From Eledone cirrhosa (Eukaryota), in NCBI GenBank assembly GCA_964016885.1, contig OZ024752.1, positions 12,400,001-12,464,000 of the forward strand: a DNA stretch of 64,000 nt, in the 5' to 3' direction. Below the pieces are notes generated by a model. The model saw only the letters and a list, made by a program, of their open reading frames with translations. It was not told where the DNA came from and searched no databases. Each line of letters begins with the position of its first letter. Within the stretch, counting starts at the first letter, position 1. The position numbers and the translations under genes were made by a program. Shown here in pieces: positions 51,129 through 64,000 of the stretch.

Positions 51129-52243
51129 CAGGGGCGTGCAACAGGCAGCCCACCAGACCAGTCAGAGCGGCCCACGATGACCATTTTTAATTTTTACCTT
51201 GTAAGCTTATTTAGAATTTTTTTTGTAACCATGATACAATTGTCTGTTAGTTGACCTATACTAAAGGGCTTCACTGATAGGGTTATGTGTGTTATAATTT
51301 CCCAGTTGACCTATACTAAAGGGCTTCACTGATAGAGTTATGTGTGTTATAATTTCCCAGTTGACCTATACTAAAGGGCTTCACTGATAGGGTTATGTGT
51401 GTTATAATTTCCCAGTTGACCTATACTAAAGGGCTTCACTGATAGAGTTATGTGTGTTATAATTTCCCAGTTGACCTATACTAAAGGGCTTCACTGATAG
51501 GGTTATGTGTGTTATAATTTCCCAGTTGACCTATACTAAAGGGCTTCACTGATAAGGTTATGTGTTATAATTTCCCAGTTGACCTATACTAAAGGGCTTC
51601 ACTGATAGGGTTATGTATGTTATAATTTCCCAGTTGACCTATACTAAAGGGCTTCACTGATAAGGTTATGTGTTATAATTTCCCAGTTGACCTATACTAA
51701 AGGGCTTCACTGATAGGGTTATGTGTGTTATAATTTCCCAGTTGACCTATACTAAAGGGCTTCACTGATAAGGTTATGTGTTATAATTTCCTAGTTGACC
51801 TATACTAAAGGGCTTCACTGATAGGGTTATGTGTGTTATAATTTCCCAGTTGACCTATACTAAAGGGCTTCACTGATAGGGTTAAGTGTTATAATTTCCC
51901 AGTTAACCTATACTAAAGGGCTTCACTGATAGGGCTATGTGTGTTATAATTTCCCAGTTGACCTATACTAAAGGGCTTCACTGATAGGGCTATGTGTGTT
52001 ATAATTTCCCAGTTGACCTATACTAAAGGGCTTCACTGATAGGGTTGTGTGTTATAATTTCCCAGTTGACCTATACTAAAGGGCTTCACTGATAGGGTTG
52101 TGTGCATTATAATTTCCCAGTTCCATGTTATGGAAAGAAGTTGTGGTGAATCTTTGGAATAGTGCTTAATAAATATTAATGGCCCTAATAGTTGTTCCAA
52201 TGTTCAAAAGTGGCCCGCCAATGGAATATGTTGCTCACCCCTA
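51129..52243. mobile_element. hAT-like MITE hosting a minisatellite
   Basis: Termini CAGGGGCGTGCAACA and TGTTGCTCACCCCTA; no clear TSD. Confidence 0.55.
51249..52122. repeat. 53-55-bp minisatellite, ~16 copies
   Basis: AGTTGACCTATACTAAAGGGCTTCACTGATAGGGTTATGTGTGTTATAATTTCCC repeated. Confidence 0.97.
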
Positions 52244-53518
52244 CTTTACGGTATTCGTCCCACCTTTTTGCACACTCTGAGTTCAAATCCTGCCATGGTC
52301 AACTTTGCCTTTCATCCTTTCAAGGTCGATAAAAAAATAGCAGTCCAGTACTGGGGTCGATTCTTCCTCTACAGAAAAAATCTGCTGTGTTCAGACCTGA
52401 GAGGGTTGGGCTCCGCCAGGTTTAAAAGTGCCCTAGACACACTGTATGCCATAAATGTGTACATAGATAACCAAGATATTATCTTGTTAGTTATCTATGT
52501 TAGTTGTAGATAGTTTATCCACAAAAATGTTTGTAATAAAAGAATTATTAAACAACAAACTTGGTTTTGTACCATTTTTATATATAAAATACAGTTAGCT
52601 GTGATTTTTGACAGCACAGGGCCAGCTAGTGTTACTATATATCATCATCATCATCATCATTTAATGTCCATTTTCTACACTTGCATGGGTTAGACAGGTT
52701 GTCCTGTTATGAGACAAGTCATAGTCTGGAGACCATGTCATCGTTATATGGATATGTATTTTGGCTTGGTTTCTACAGCTGGATGCCCTTCCTAACAACA
52801 TATCATCATCATCACCGTTTTACGTCCGTTCTTCCACGCTAGCATGGGTTAGACAGGTTGTCCTGTTGTGGGCAGTGTCCGGTCGGCTGACCTTGTCTTG
52901 CTCATACAGGAACTGATTCTGGCTTGATTTCTACAGCTGGATGCCCTTCCTAACACCAACCTCATTTACAATGGGTGCTGGGTGCTTTTTTCTGTGGCGC
53001 CTCCACGACCACTTTACAGTGAGTACTGGGTGCTTTTTTACTGTGGCGCCTACACGTCCACTTTACAGTGTGGGCTGGGTGCTTTTTTGCCGTGGCACCT
53101 CCATGACCACTTTGCAGTGGAATGATAGGGACTCTGGTCCTATCATCTCATTTCTACAGCTGAATAAACTGGAGCAATGTGAAATAAAGTGTCTTGCTCA
53201 AGGAAACAACACATCACCTGGTTCGAGAATTGAACTCACAACCTTTCGATTGCAAGCCCAATGCTCTAACAACTAAGCCATGTGCCTCCATCAGTGTATT
53301 TGAGGTAAAACTTCATGTGTCAGTGTGAAGGAGAAGAGAGTCTGGCAAAAGGACTATATCAAGGTGGTACCTAGCACAATACAGACGTGTCCCTGCAGCT
53401 GCTGTGGGTAGATCTGACAATCTCAGATCAGTCACATCAGTCACCAGTGTACATGCAGAGAGGGTGAAAGGAACCCGACATTTAGCTATCTTCATATCAA
53501 AGTCATCAGCATCATATA

Positions 53519-53557
<39 letters not shown>

Positions 53558-53562
<5 letters not shown>

Positions 53563-53985
53563 GTACTGGGTGCTTTTTGTCATGACACCAACATGGCCAC
53601 TTTACAGCGAGGGCTGGGTGCTTTTTGTCGTGACACCAACATGGCCACTTTACAGTGAGTACTGGGTGCTTTTTGTCGTGACATCAACATGGCCACTTTA
53701 CAGTGAGGGCTGGGTGCTTTTTGTCATGTCACCTACACGACCACTTTTCAGTGTGGAATGGGTCCTTTTTATCATGACACCTACACAACCAGTTTACAGT
53801 GTGGGGTGGGTGCTTTTTGTTTGTGACACCTACATGACCACTTTACAGTGTGGGCTGGATGCTTTTTGTCGTGATACCTACATGACCACTTTACAGTGTG
53901 GGGTGGGTGCTTTTTGTTTGTGACACCTACATGACCACTTTACAGTGTGGGCTGGATGCTTTTTGTCGTGATACCTACACGACCA
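53558..53985. repeat. ~39-41-bp minisatellite derived from the RTE/SINE tail
   Basis: GGGTGCTTTTTGTCGTGACACC.ACA.G.CCACTTTACAGTG repeated about 10 times. Confidence 0.9.
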
Positions 53986-55186
53986 CAACTGAGACTGCAT
54001 AAACATTTAACCCTTTAGCATTTAAACAGGCCATATCCGGCCAGAAATATCTCATCTATTTCTGTTCAAACCAGCCATAACTGGATGCTTATACTTATAT
54101 TAAAAAAAACAACAATATTAAAAAAACAACAATAAGAACAAGAGAAGAGAGAGAGAGAGCGAGAGAGAGGGAGAGAAAGAGAAAACAGTTACCAATGGTA
54201 CAATGTGAATCAAAATCTCATAAATTTGATATTATGTGAGTTTACCGTGAAAATACAAAAGTAAAAACAGTAATGTGAATGGTAAACATGCCACATATAC
54301 ACATTTTAATGTAAATTGTAAAAGTGATAAATACTTTGAATTTATTTTCGAACCTAGATATAACTTTATCATATAATTGAATAAAACACCCAGTCCACTC
54401 TGTAAAGTGGTCGTGTAGGTAACACGGTAAAAAGGCTCCCAGTCCACACTGTAAATGTGGTTGGTGTTAGGAAGGGCATGCAGCTGTAGAAAACCTGACA
54501 GATAGAGTCCTATACAAGCGAGACACGGTCCTCAAGTGGGACAATTCCCGTCTAACCCATGCTAGCATGGAAGATAGACGTTAAACGATGATGATGATGA
54601 CGATGATGAACCTAAGTACCAGAAGTGAAAAATATATACTGAGGTTAATATGGTTGATTAAATCAAGGTGGTGCCCCAGCATGGCTACGGTCCAGTGACA
54701 GAAACCAGTAAAATATCAGCAACCCGTCTGAAGAAGGATCCCCACGAAGTGGGGTGGCTGTTGCAGCAGGTGTCACTGGCCATTATCTGTGGGAATGCTT
54801 TTGCAGTCTTGCCCACAGGGTGCAGCCTCGATTCCGCTGCACCCTAGGCCCAGAGCCCTTCTCCCTCCCCATTCTTCTGTGACCCTAGAGCCCTTGTCTT
54901 TCCCTTCCTTTTCCGTTTTCATAACCACAAAAGCCACTTCAATATCCAATGTAACTCTACTCTGTGTTGTGAGTTCTGTTCTTATTTGCTTATATATGTT
55001 CAATATTTGAACAAACTCTATATTTAAGTAATCTAATCTAATCTGGCCTAGTTTACACTCGCAAAGATTCAGCACGCTTTCTCCAGTCGTCCCGGTCGAG
55101 CATGACATTTCTCAGCTCATCGATGTTATCAATGTTGGCATCTCTCAGCAGGGGATCAATGAATGAGACGGCTTGTCTTCCCACAC

Positions 55187-56740
55187 TTCTATCTTATATT
55201 CAGACACAGTGTATCTAGGACTACATTATCTAATGTGTCCTGTCTTATATACAGACACAGTGTATCTAGGACTACATTATCTAATGTGTTCTATCTTATA
55301 TTCAGACACAGTGTATCTAGGACTACATTATCTAATGTGTCCTGTCTTATATACAGACACAGTGTATCTAGGACTACATTATCTAATGTGTCCTGTCTTA
55401 TATACAGACAGTGTACCTAGGACTACATTATCTAATGTGTCATGTCTTATATACAGACACAGTATATCTAGGACTACATTATCTAATGTGTCCTGTCTTA
55501 TATACAGACAGTGTACCTAGGACTACATTATCTAATGTGTCCTGTCTTATATACTGACACAGTGTATCTAGGACTACATTATCTAATGTGTTCTATCTTA
55601 TATTCAGACACAATGGATCTAGAACTACATTATCTACTGTGTCCTGTCTTATATACAGACACAGTGTATCTAGGACTACATTATCTAATGTGTCCTGTCT
55701 TATATACAGACACAGTGTATCTAGGACTACATTATCTACTGTGTCCTGTCTTATATACAGACACAGTGTATCTAGAACTACATTATCTACTGTGTCCTGT
55801 CTTATATACAGACACAGTGTATCTAGGACTACATTATCTAATGTGTCCTGTCTTATATACAGACACAATGTATCTAGGACTACATTATCTACTGTGTCCT
55901 GTCTTATATACAGACACAGTGTATCTAGGACTACATTATCTACTGTGTCCTGTCTTATATACAGACACAGTGTATCTAGGACTACATTATCTACTGTGTC
56001 CTGTCTTATATACAGACACAGTCTACCTAGGACTACATTATCTAATGTGTCCTGTCTTATATACAGACACAGTGTATCTAGGACTACATTATCTAATGTG
56101 TTCTATCTTATATACAGACACAATGGATCTAGGACTACATTATCTAATGTGTCCTGTCTTATATACAGACACAGTGTATCTAGGACTACATTATCTACTG
56201 TGTCCTGTCTTATATACAGACACAGTGTATCTAGGACTACATTATCTACTGTGTCCTGTCTTATATACAGACACAGTGTATCTAGAACTACATTATCTAC
56301 TGTGTCCTGTCTTATATACAGACACAGTGTATCTAGGACTACATTATCTAATGTGTCCTGTCTTATATACAGACACAATGTATCTAGGACTACATTATCT
56401 ACTGTGTCCTGTCTTATATACAGACACAGTGTATCTAGGACTACATTATCTACTGTGTCCTGTCTTATATACAGACACAGTGTATCTAGGACTACATTAT
56501 CTAATGTGTTCTATCTTATATACAGACACAATGGATCTAGGACTACATTATCTAATGTGTCCTGTCTTATATACAGACAGTGTACCTAGGACTACACTAT
56601 CTAATGTGTTCTATCTTATATACAGACACAGTGTATCTAGGACTACATTATCTAATGTGTCCTGTCTTATATACAGACACAGTGTATCTAGGACTACATT
56701 ATCTAATGTGTTCTATCTTATATTCAGACATAGTGTATCT
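55187..56740. repeat. 51-bp minisatellite, ~30 copies
   Basis: GACACAGTGTATCTAGGACTACATTATCTAATGTGTCCTGTCTTATATACA repeated; this produces the spurious 432-aa and 333-aa ORFs. Confidence 0.98.
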
Positions 56741-56744
56741 TCTT

Positions 56745-56975
56745 CTTCAGCCGAGTTTACACTCGCAAAGATTCAGCACGCTTTCTCCAGTCGTCCCGGT
56801 CGAGTGTGACATTTCTCAGTTCATCGATGTTGTCAATGTTGGCATCTCTCAGCAGGGTATCAATGAATGAGACGACCTGTCTTCCCACGCTTCTTCGTCT
56901 GACCGTCAGTTCCCAGAGCACAAGTTGTGATGCTATCTTTTCTGGATGACAGATGCAGTGCCCAGACAGTTTCAT
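56745..56975 (-). mobile_element. RTE-like LINE 3' end
   Basis: KLSGHCICHPE..SQLVLWE..GRQ..FIDTL..DRDDWR; partial duplicate at 55050-55190. Confidence 0.8.
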
Positions 56976-58019
56976 TCATAAGTTTAGTAAGAAGATAAAA
57001 CCACAAAAAAAAAAGTTATAGAATATATTTACAGTTTTCTTCAGCAATAAAATAATTAGAACTTTATAACTAATAAAATAATTAGTCACTCTTAGAGCCA
57101 ACTGTGCTAGACATCTCTATGTATAGGAGGACCACGAAAATCATGAGTGGAGGTGATGAGAGCTGACCTCAGATCACTGAAGCTCATGGAGGAGATGATG
57201 AAGGACCGTGACAAATGGAGAGATGCTGTGCTGAATAGGACCCGTTCCCCCTTTGCAAGCAGGGAAAAGTGGACGTAAAATGATGATGATGAGGTACATA
57301 CAGTGCCAGATTTACCATTGTGCTTAGGTGTGCACAGGGTCCCACAAACATTTTTTTACCTCATTCCGGGCCCAAGTAAGGGGCCTCATAACTTAACTAG
57401 TACAGAGCCTCATTTGTCCTAAATTGGGTACTGGGTGTATAGGTATATGAAACTTGCTCCAGGGAATTTTCCTTAAACGTGTTCTTCTGGTTTTGTTGTT
57501 TTTATAAATAAAGGAAAAACTCATAAATTTATAAATTTTCACCAATAGAGAGAGGGGGGAGAAAGAGAGAAAGAAAGAGGGAGAGGGAGGGAGAGAAAGA
57601 GAGAACGGGAGGGAGAGAGGGAGAGAGAGAGACGGTTTCTAACATAGAAACAAAATTCTTTCATTGGAATTTAAACATCAACTAGGTATGCATGTGTATA
57701 TGTATGTGTGTATGAGTGTATGTTAATATGGTTGACTAAATGTGTGTGTGTGTGTGTGTGTGTTCTGGTTTCATTATTTTATAAATTTTAACCAATAGAA
57801 AGAAAGTCGGTTTCTAACAAAGACACAAGACTCTTTCATTGGAATTTAAACAACATCAACTAAGTAGATATGTATACATGTATGTGTGTGTGTGTGTCTG
57901 TGTTTGTGTGTGTTTCTGTGTGTGCAGGTATGGGTGTTACTGTATGTGTGGATGTGGATGTTTTTCAGTTATATGTGGGCATGTGCATATGTTTTGTATC
58001 TGTACATGTGTATATGCAG

Positions 58020-58625
58020 TTATTAGATGCAGAATTTTTAGAATGTTTTAAATATATCTTTACTGTTCCATTAATGGGTTGTACTTGTAATTTCCTAACT
58101 AGTTGTGTTCTTTCTGTTCCTGTGAAGCCCAGCTTCTCAAGATTTGTATTGAGGCCGTTACTAACATATCCCAGTGCCCCAATAATCACAGGTATAAATC
58201 TGAAGGTATAGTGAGGGTGCAGTATCTGCAGATTTTTCATCAGTTCTGCATAAATATTCTCCTTTTCGCTAATCTTTCATATTATATTGGCATTTGCTGG
58301 GCAGCTAACTTCCACTACTGTGCATGCCTTATTTTCCCTGTCCATATCATTATATCTGGTCTGTTATGCCTGCACTTTATTGGGATTTTAACTGGAACAT
58401 TCCACCAGCACTCTTTCATATTATGTATGAGCATGTCTTCCACATTTCTGTAACTTTTAATGTATTTATTGTTGGGGCTATCTTTTCTACGGATTGCATT
58501 ATACAGTGCCAAACTATTTCATGCCTTGTAGAATCACAACCTATCATATAATATTTTCCAACTTTATTTTGTTTCGTTTAATACAGAGATGACAACCTCT
58601 GATGATTATCTTGTGTCTCCTGTAA
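58020..58625 (-). mobile_element. Degenerate R4/Dong-type RLE fragment
   Basis: RHEI..YNAIR, WWNVPVK...HNRPDIMIW, FIPVIIGALG. Confidence 0.75.
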
Positions 58626-58842
58626 CTTAACCAAAATCGATAGTTAGTGATCAATGATCGATTACATAGATTGATTTTAGGTTGTGGCTCCACAAGGCAT
58701 GAAATAGCATTGTCAGAAACTTTATTATTGGTCCCATCTAGAGTACATATTCTTCTGTAAACTCAACATATAGTGTTTACTCACAGATATATGGTCCTTT
58801 CTCTCTCTATATATGTATATATACATATATCTTTTAATATTG

Positions 58843-58900
<58 letters not shown>

Positions 58901-58996
58901 TACGTAATTCCAAAGGAAAAGCAAAGGAAAAAAAGAGTGCTCTATGTATAGAACAGAGCTATTTAATTAGAGAGTGAACAACACAAAATATAACTA

Positions 58997-59064
58997 CTCC
59001 ATTACCAAAGGTTTCTGGATTACAGACGATAATAATATACGTCTGGATCGTTCATCAGACAGAG
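58997..59064 (-). ncRNA. Type I hammerhead ribozyme, family I, inside fold-back 58960-59103
   Basis: ctctgt CTGATGA [..cagacg-loop-cgtctg..] GAA ACC ttt GGT A atggag. Confidence 0.85.
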
Positions 59065-59166
59065 AGGTTATATATTTTGTGTTGTTCACTCTCTAATTAA
59101 ATATAGATAGATATATTTCTTTATTAGCCAATAGATAGATAGACAGATAAATATAGATTATATATA

Positions 59167-62100
59167 CTAGCTGACGTACCCAGCTTCGCCCGGGTAAACA
59201 GATGATAAGAGAAGACAGGTAAAAGAGAAAATGACTGTATTGGATGTTTGTCTGGTTACAGTATGAGGCGAGTCCGTGGTGTCTGTGTGATACAAAAAAC
59301 AGTAAAACAAATCTTCCAGATATACCAGATACTTCTTTGTACCGTTTGTGCATAGTATACGAACAATTCTAGGTGCTCCCACCTAGAATAGTGACCTCTA
59401 GGAGATGGTTCATCTTCTGCCTGACTGTAAAACGTGTATCATTGCATAGACGTGGTTGTTCCACGTTTCTCATATTATATGTAGATATAGATATAGATAA
59501 TTAATATAAAAGATGTCCATCAATGTAAAAAAAGGTCCCTATTTACTTGAAATGGTTTATACAAATGCCAAATTAATATGGATATGGATAACATGCTTAT
59601 CTATAAGTGGTCAGCTATAATAATAAAACAACAAATTATATGACACAAAAATTTATTCAGTAATTTCCAGGCTCTTAGCCAATGAGTAATAGACAGTCAA
59701 TGTTGCCCAGAGTTTAACTTGGGGAGGTGGCCTGGTTTGAACTCTAAATGGCGGATCCTTCTACTTTGAAAATAGAATCGTTTTTCAATATTACTCTAGC
59801 CCTGGCCAGCCATAGGATCCAACCTTTTTGCCAGACTCAGCATATGATGAGGTTTTATTACCACCGCAATCAGAAGCGATAAATTTTAAGGCAAGTTCTA
59901 CCAATACTTGTTGGTTTTTATTGCTCATTATCGACAATAAATGACATTGAACAGAAATGATAACTCTGCCAAAGCTCACAATATAGATCAAAGGACACCA
60001 ATGTCCGAATCATTTACGTCGCTTATTGATAGCATTAAAGATATGCATACATCAGCTCAAAGCTTCATTATAGACAATATTCAGGGTTGTTCCTCTGTTA
60101 GCGGTATCAATTGCAAATTTTATACCATCAGGATCGCACACTCGAGATGCAGCAACATACAGTTGCCCATGGCTGAATGCTGGATCATTCAAGTAGACAC
60201 CGACTCGCTTGAAAGTCTGTCCCTGTGCCTTGTTGACAGTCATGGAGAAGGCCAAATTGACGGGAAACTGTCTCCTTTGCTAAATGAATGGCAGCAGATC
60301 TTCACTTGGTCTCAGCATGATCCTCGGAATGAGAACCGATTCCTCTCTGCCTGGGAGTTTAGCTTCTAAAACTCTTATGTTAATCAATCTCTCAACAATC
60401 AATCTGGTACCATTGCAAAGACCCATTTTATGATTGATATTTCTAAGCAATATAATCGGCATACCCTTTTTCAACCTCAAAATATGTGGGGGGAATCCGG
60501 CTATTTGAAGTGAATTCAGATACTCAGTCGGAACATCCATATTGTTTTGCTGATTAGGCTCCATTGCATCCGCACTGACGGTCAACCATTCCTCTCCAGG
60601 AAACATTCCGGCTACTTGTGAATTTATTTCATCGACCGTTGCATTCGTATGAGTTAGAATAACGTGTTCCGATATCCAGGAGATATTCTGCCAAAAAGCA
60701 TTCAAATTAGGGAACACCCAGTCAATCAATGCTTGGCGGTCCAGTGGCATGACCAAATGGCCTGGGAGTCTTACAGTCTGATTATCACCAACGTATGGCA
60801 ATTCATCGTTTCCCAACTGCATCAACCATCGGCCGTATGTCTCAGCCTCTTCGTTTTGCCCGAACATACAAAGTCACATATCGTGTAATCACAAAACTCT
60901 TAAATGGCGCCACAATGGGGACTTTTTCAGACATGCATTGACAATTTGTGCTCTTTGAGCATTCATAACAATTGGTAGCACCTGTCTGAAATGGCCACCA
61001 AGAACGATAGTCTTACCACTGAATGGCAGGTCACTACCGCAGATATCTCTCAAATTTCTGTCCAATGCCTCCAGCAAATATCTGTGTGCCGTTGGAGCCT
61101 CATCCCAAATAATCAGAGACATATTGCATATAAGGCCCGCGAGTTCACTTTGTCCTGTAATGTTACAGACACTCAACTCATCTGGAGCCAATGGAGCCTT
61201 GAAGCATGAGTGGAAGGTCCTTCCACCACTCAGCAAAGTGTCAGCGATCCCACTGGTGGCCACAGGGAGGGCAATCTTCCTCTGAGCTCTGACTGCCGAT
61301 AACATAGTGTTGAAACAGAATGTCTTTCCGGTGCCTCCTGGAGCATCTGTGAAAGCACAAAGTTGCTCATTAGTGGAAATCGAGTGGAGAAACCATCAAC
61401 CAATTCTCTCTGAGATTGTGTCAACATTGGCATACATTCATCCACAATACGTTGCTGTTCCAGTGGATCAAACTGGAATAGTTCCCTCCGATCGAGTGGC
61501 AACCGTCTAAGCTGCAATCTCATGTTCAATGCTAAGACACATTGCCACATTTCTTCTTCAGGAATTGGCAAATTGAAATCTCTTAAACATTTGAAATGAA
61601 CTTCAAGCAGTTGTTCAATATTGAGCAAAACAATAGCTTTCATCAAATTTTCATCATCGACCTGAAGATGATGCCTAAAATCATCAGCCATAATTCCCAA
61701 ATGGCGTTCAAATAACTCTCTTGTATCGACAGGATTGCAGAATCCTAGAATTGTGACAAACAACTGCCTTATCTGAGCTGGCATCTGTGTTGTTCCTGCA
61801 GCTTCCATGGCATTATTCCATTCAGCGTCATCCTGAAGGAGTCCCAGATGTTGTCACACTGCCTGGTATGTTTCATATTCCATGCCATTGATTGTTTTCA
61901 AATCAGCGAAGCTCTGTTTACCTCTCGAAAAATCATTATGCAACAGAATTCAGAGATAAAACACATCAGATGCGGGATGGACATTACAAACCCGTCCAAT
62001 AGTCATGAATCTTAACTTTTGTTTTCTATCATTCCATTTCTTTCCCTTCTTATCCCACGTATAGTGCGAAGGGAAATCGCAGTAGAGTTGCCTTTGATCC

Positions 62101-64000
62101 GGGTTCAAAGCATGTTCCCTATTATGCTTGAACCACTCAGTCAACTCCGTCTTAGGAGGTGGTGCGTTAGCAATTCTTTCGACACCTCTTCTAGTGTCCT
62201 GAAAACAGACCATTTGCCTATTCTCTAAGTGAACCATCAGTTTCTGAACGCTGGGTTTGCATTCATTGAGATCAAAATCGAACAATCTCCAGCAAGCTTC
62301 GCTAGATCCAATCAAGCGAACATCCTGGAACCTGCCAACTTCATCTCCTTGGTTCGCCTCCTCATTCCTGACATTCATCATTGCCCGATCATGACCTTTG
62401 TAAACATATTTGAATAGATATTTGCAAGCTTTCACTGAGCTACAAATTTCCACATTAATATGACAACGATATTTCATAATCAAATATGGATTGTATGGCA
62501 CAACCCATTGATTTGTAACCTGTCAACCGTTTACATTTTTGACCAAACCGCCATCTGCAGGTGACGGTCTCCTGTATGAGGGATGAGCATCCCCATCATT
62601 CCAGGAAGTGTTCGTGACAAAAGATTTCGGAAAGTGCTTACGGCATAGGCCATTTTTCATGCAAGGCATTTTCCGATTTGCCACTCCGCATTGGTTGTGC
62701 ACCATTGACTTTGCCACCAAGTTGCGTAGTGGCTCATTTTCCGGCAGTTCAGCACACACAACGCTGTCAACATCCTCAGCACATCTCAATTTGCAATCTC
62801 TATGTAAAATGATCAGCAAATGTGCATGTGGCAATCCTCTTTTTTGGAATTCAATTAAGTATGTAAAAGCAACTATAGCTCCAAAGATTCCCTCTTTTTC
62901 CACATCATCCATTATCTTTTTCAGATATCCTTTGAATACTCTTGCCGCAATATCAGGACGGTCCTTTGGCTGTTGTCCTGGCAAAAGTACATCCTTAATA
63001 TCAGTCCATTCAGGATTGCATGTAACCGTTATAAACAAATCTGGCTTTCCAAACTTTCTGACAATAGCCATTGCATCCTGATAGCGAATGTTCATATATC
63101 TCGGGCCGCCGATGAACGACGATGGCAAAATGATGCGTCGACCAATTTGCTTGTAATTGGCATCATCGGCTGTTATCGCATCCTGTATATTATTATACAA
63201 TTCAGCTCTGATATGTTGCTGATGTGTAGCTATATAATTTAGCCTTTGATTTTCGATCTTTGCGAATGCCATACAACAGTATTCCTGGAACAATCTGCTG
63301 GCTTGAAATAGCGCATTTCTCTGTTGATTCCTCTCGTTCAAATGGAACACGTAAAAGTCGCGAATCGAATTATTGTGTCTATTGCCGCCTCCCTGTTGAT
63401 GCTGATTCTCATGATCATCTAAATGAACAGACATGTTCCATCCATTTTCACCTTTTGGGAATAAAAGAACATAATGCAATGGATCGTATGCCCTATTTGA
63501 CTCATTGATACCACCATCTCTGCGATTGAGGATGATATCTCTGCGATCCAGGCTTATCGTCCATCAACACAGCAACTTCACGAAATCCTTCAGGGGCATT
63601 ATATCGCCGTTCGTGTTGATTCCTTGGTACTGCGTCAGCCTTAATCACCAATGTTTGCTGCTGAACATTTTGCAGTTCAGCCACCAACATGAAATCCATA
63701 ACATAAGGATTACACTGTCTAAGCCATGATTGCAAGTCACGGATCAAATCACTTAACCTTTGCCGTTCAAGTTCAGTTATATTTCCCGGCAACTTCGTCC
63801 AACCGATCCTGATATCCTCCTCCGATTCACTATAATCTGGATCGTAAATGTAAATTTGAGCGAATTGAGGCCTCTCTCCTGGGGTAACTTCTAAATTACC
63901 GATACAATGATATAAACGGCCTTGAATGACTACATTCGGTTGCCATGCTCCACTCTCAAACATCTCACTAACTCTCTGCTAATAAATTGTTAATTTGCCG
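59167..64000 (-). mobile_element. Helitron (Rep/HUH + PIF1 helicase), frameshifted, 5' part beyond the window
   Basis: GKPDLFITVTCNP, EFQKRGLPHAH, KYLFKYVYKGHD, APGGTGKTF, IIWDEAP, GLCNGTRL, TVNKAQGQT, FSHGQLYVA. The 3' end has hairpin ACCCGGG-CGAA-GCTGGGT followed by CTAG|T at 59167. Confidence 0.97.

Noticed and set aside
51249-52122. CRISPR-like regular array
   Set aside because: The units are contiguous near-identical repeats with no unique spacers, and the context is eukaryotic with no cas genes.
52372-52500. Possible host exon after CCTCTACAG
   Set aside because: No recognisable protein, it abuts a SINE, and no partner exons are visible.
54725-54750. CTGAAGAAGGATCCCCACGAAG as a hammerhead
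   Set aside because: It lies in CRE-type coding remnant sequence, lacks GAAA and stem III, and is not conserved in the homologue near 24845.
55163-56870. Long repetitive ORFs (432 aa and 333 aa)
   Set aside because: They are a by-product of a 51-bp (17-codon) minisatellite with two open frames; there is no evidence of a gene.

Overview
This is AT-rich, repeat-saturated animal DNA with no recognisable host exon. The SINE, RTE and (TA)n content suggests a coleoid cephalopod such as octopus (inference). It holds decayed transposons of many classes: a Tc1/mariner element, piggyBac-type and hAT-type MITEs, tRNA-derived SINEs, RTE, Tx1/L1, R4/Dong, CRE and CR1 LINE pieces, two Penelope-like (RT/GIY-YIG) elements, a Helitron and several minisatellites. 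The standout signal is a set of short, mostly non-coding cassettes from about 12 sequence-unrelated families, each with its 3' end abutting a TA-rich microsatellite. Most carry a type I hammerhead ribozyme motif with a short or palindromic stem III, and many fold back into an inverted repeat whose apex lies at or near the ribozyme. Nine families share a covarying bulged hairpin, RCUC-stem-loop-stem-UH-GAGY(RCU), downstream of the ribozyme and usually about 40-60 nt from the 3' end. Hammerheads in Penelope pseudo-LTRs are established knowledge. The shared hairpin, the ribozyme-centred fold-backs and a 631-bp non-coding tandem unit carrying the same hairpin are my own reading and need computational confirmation. 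All coordinates were read by eye and may be off by a few bases.
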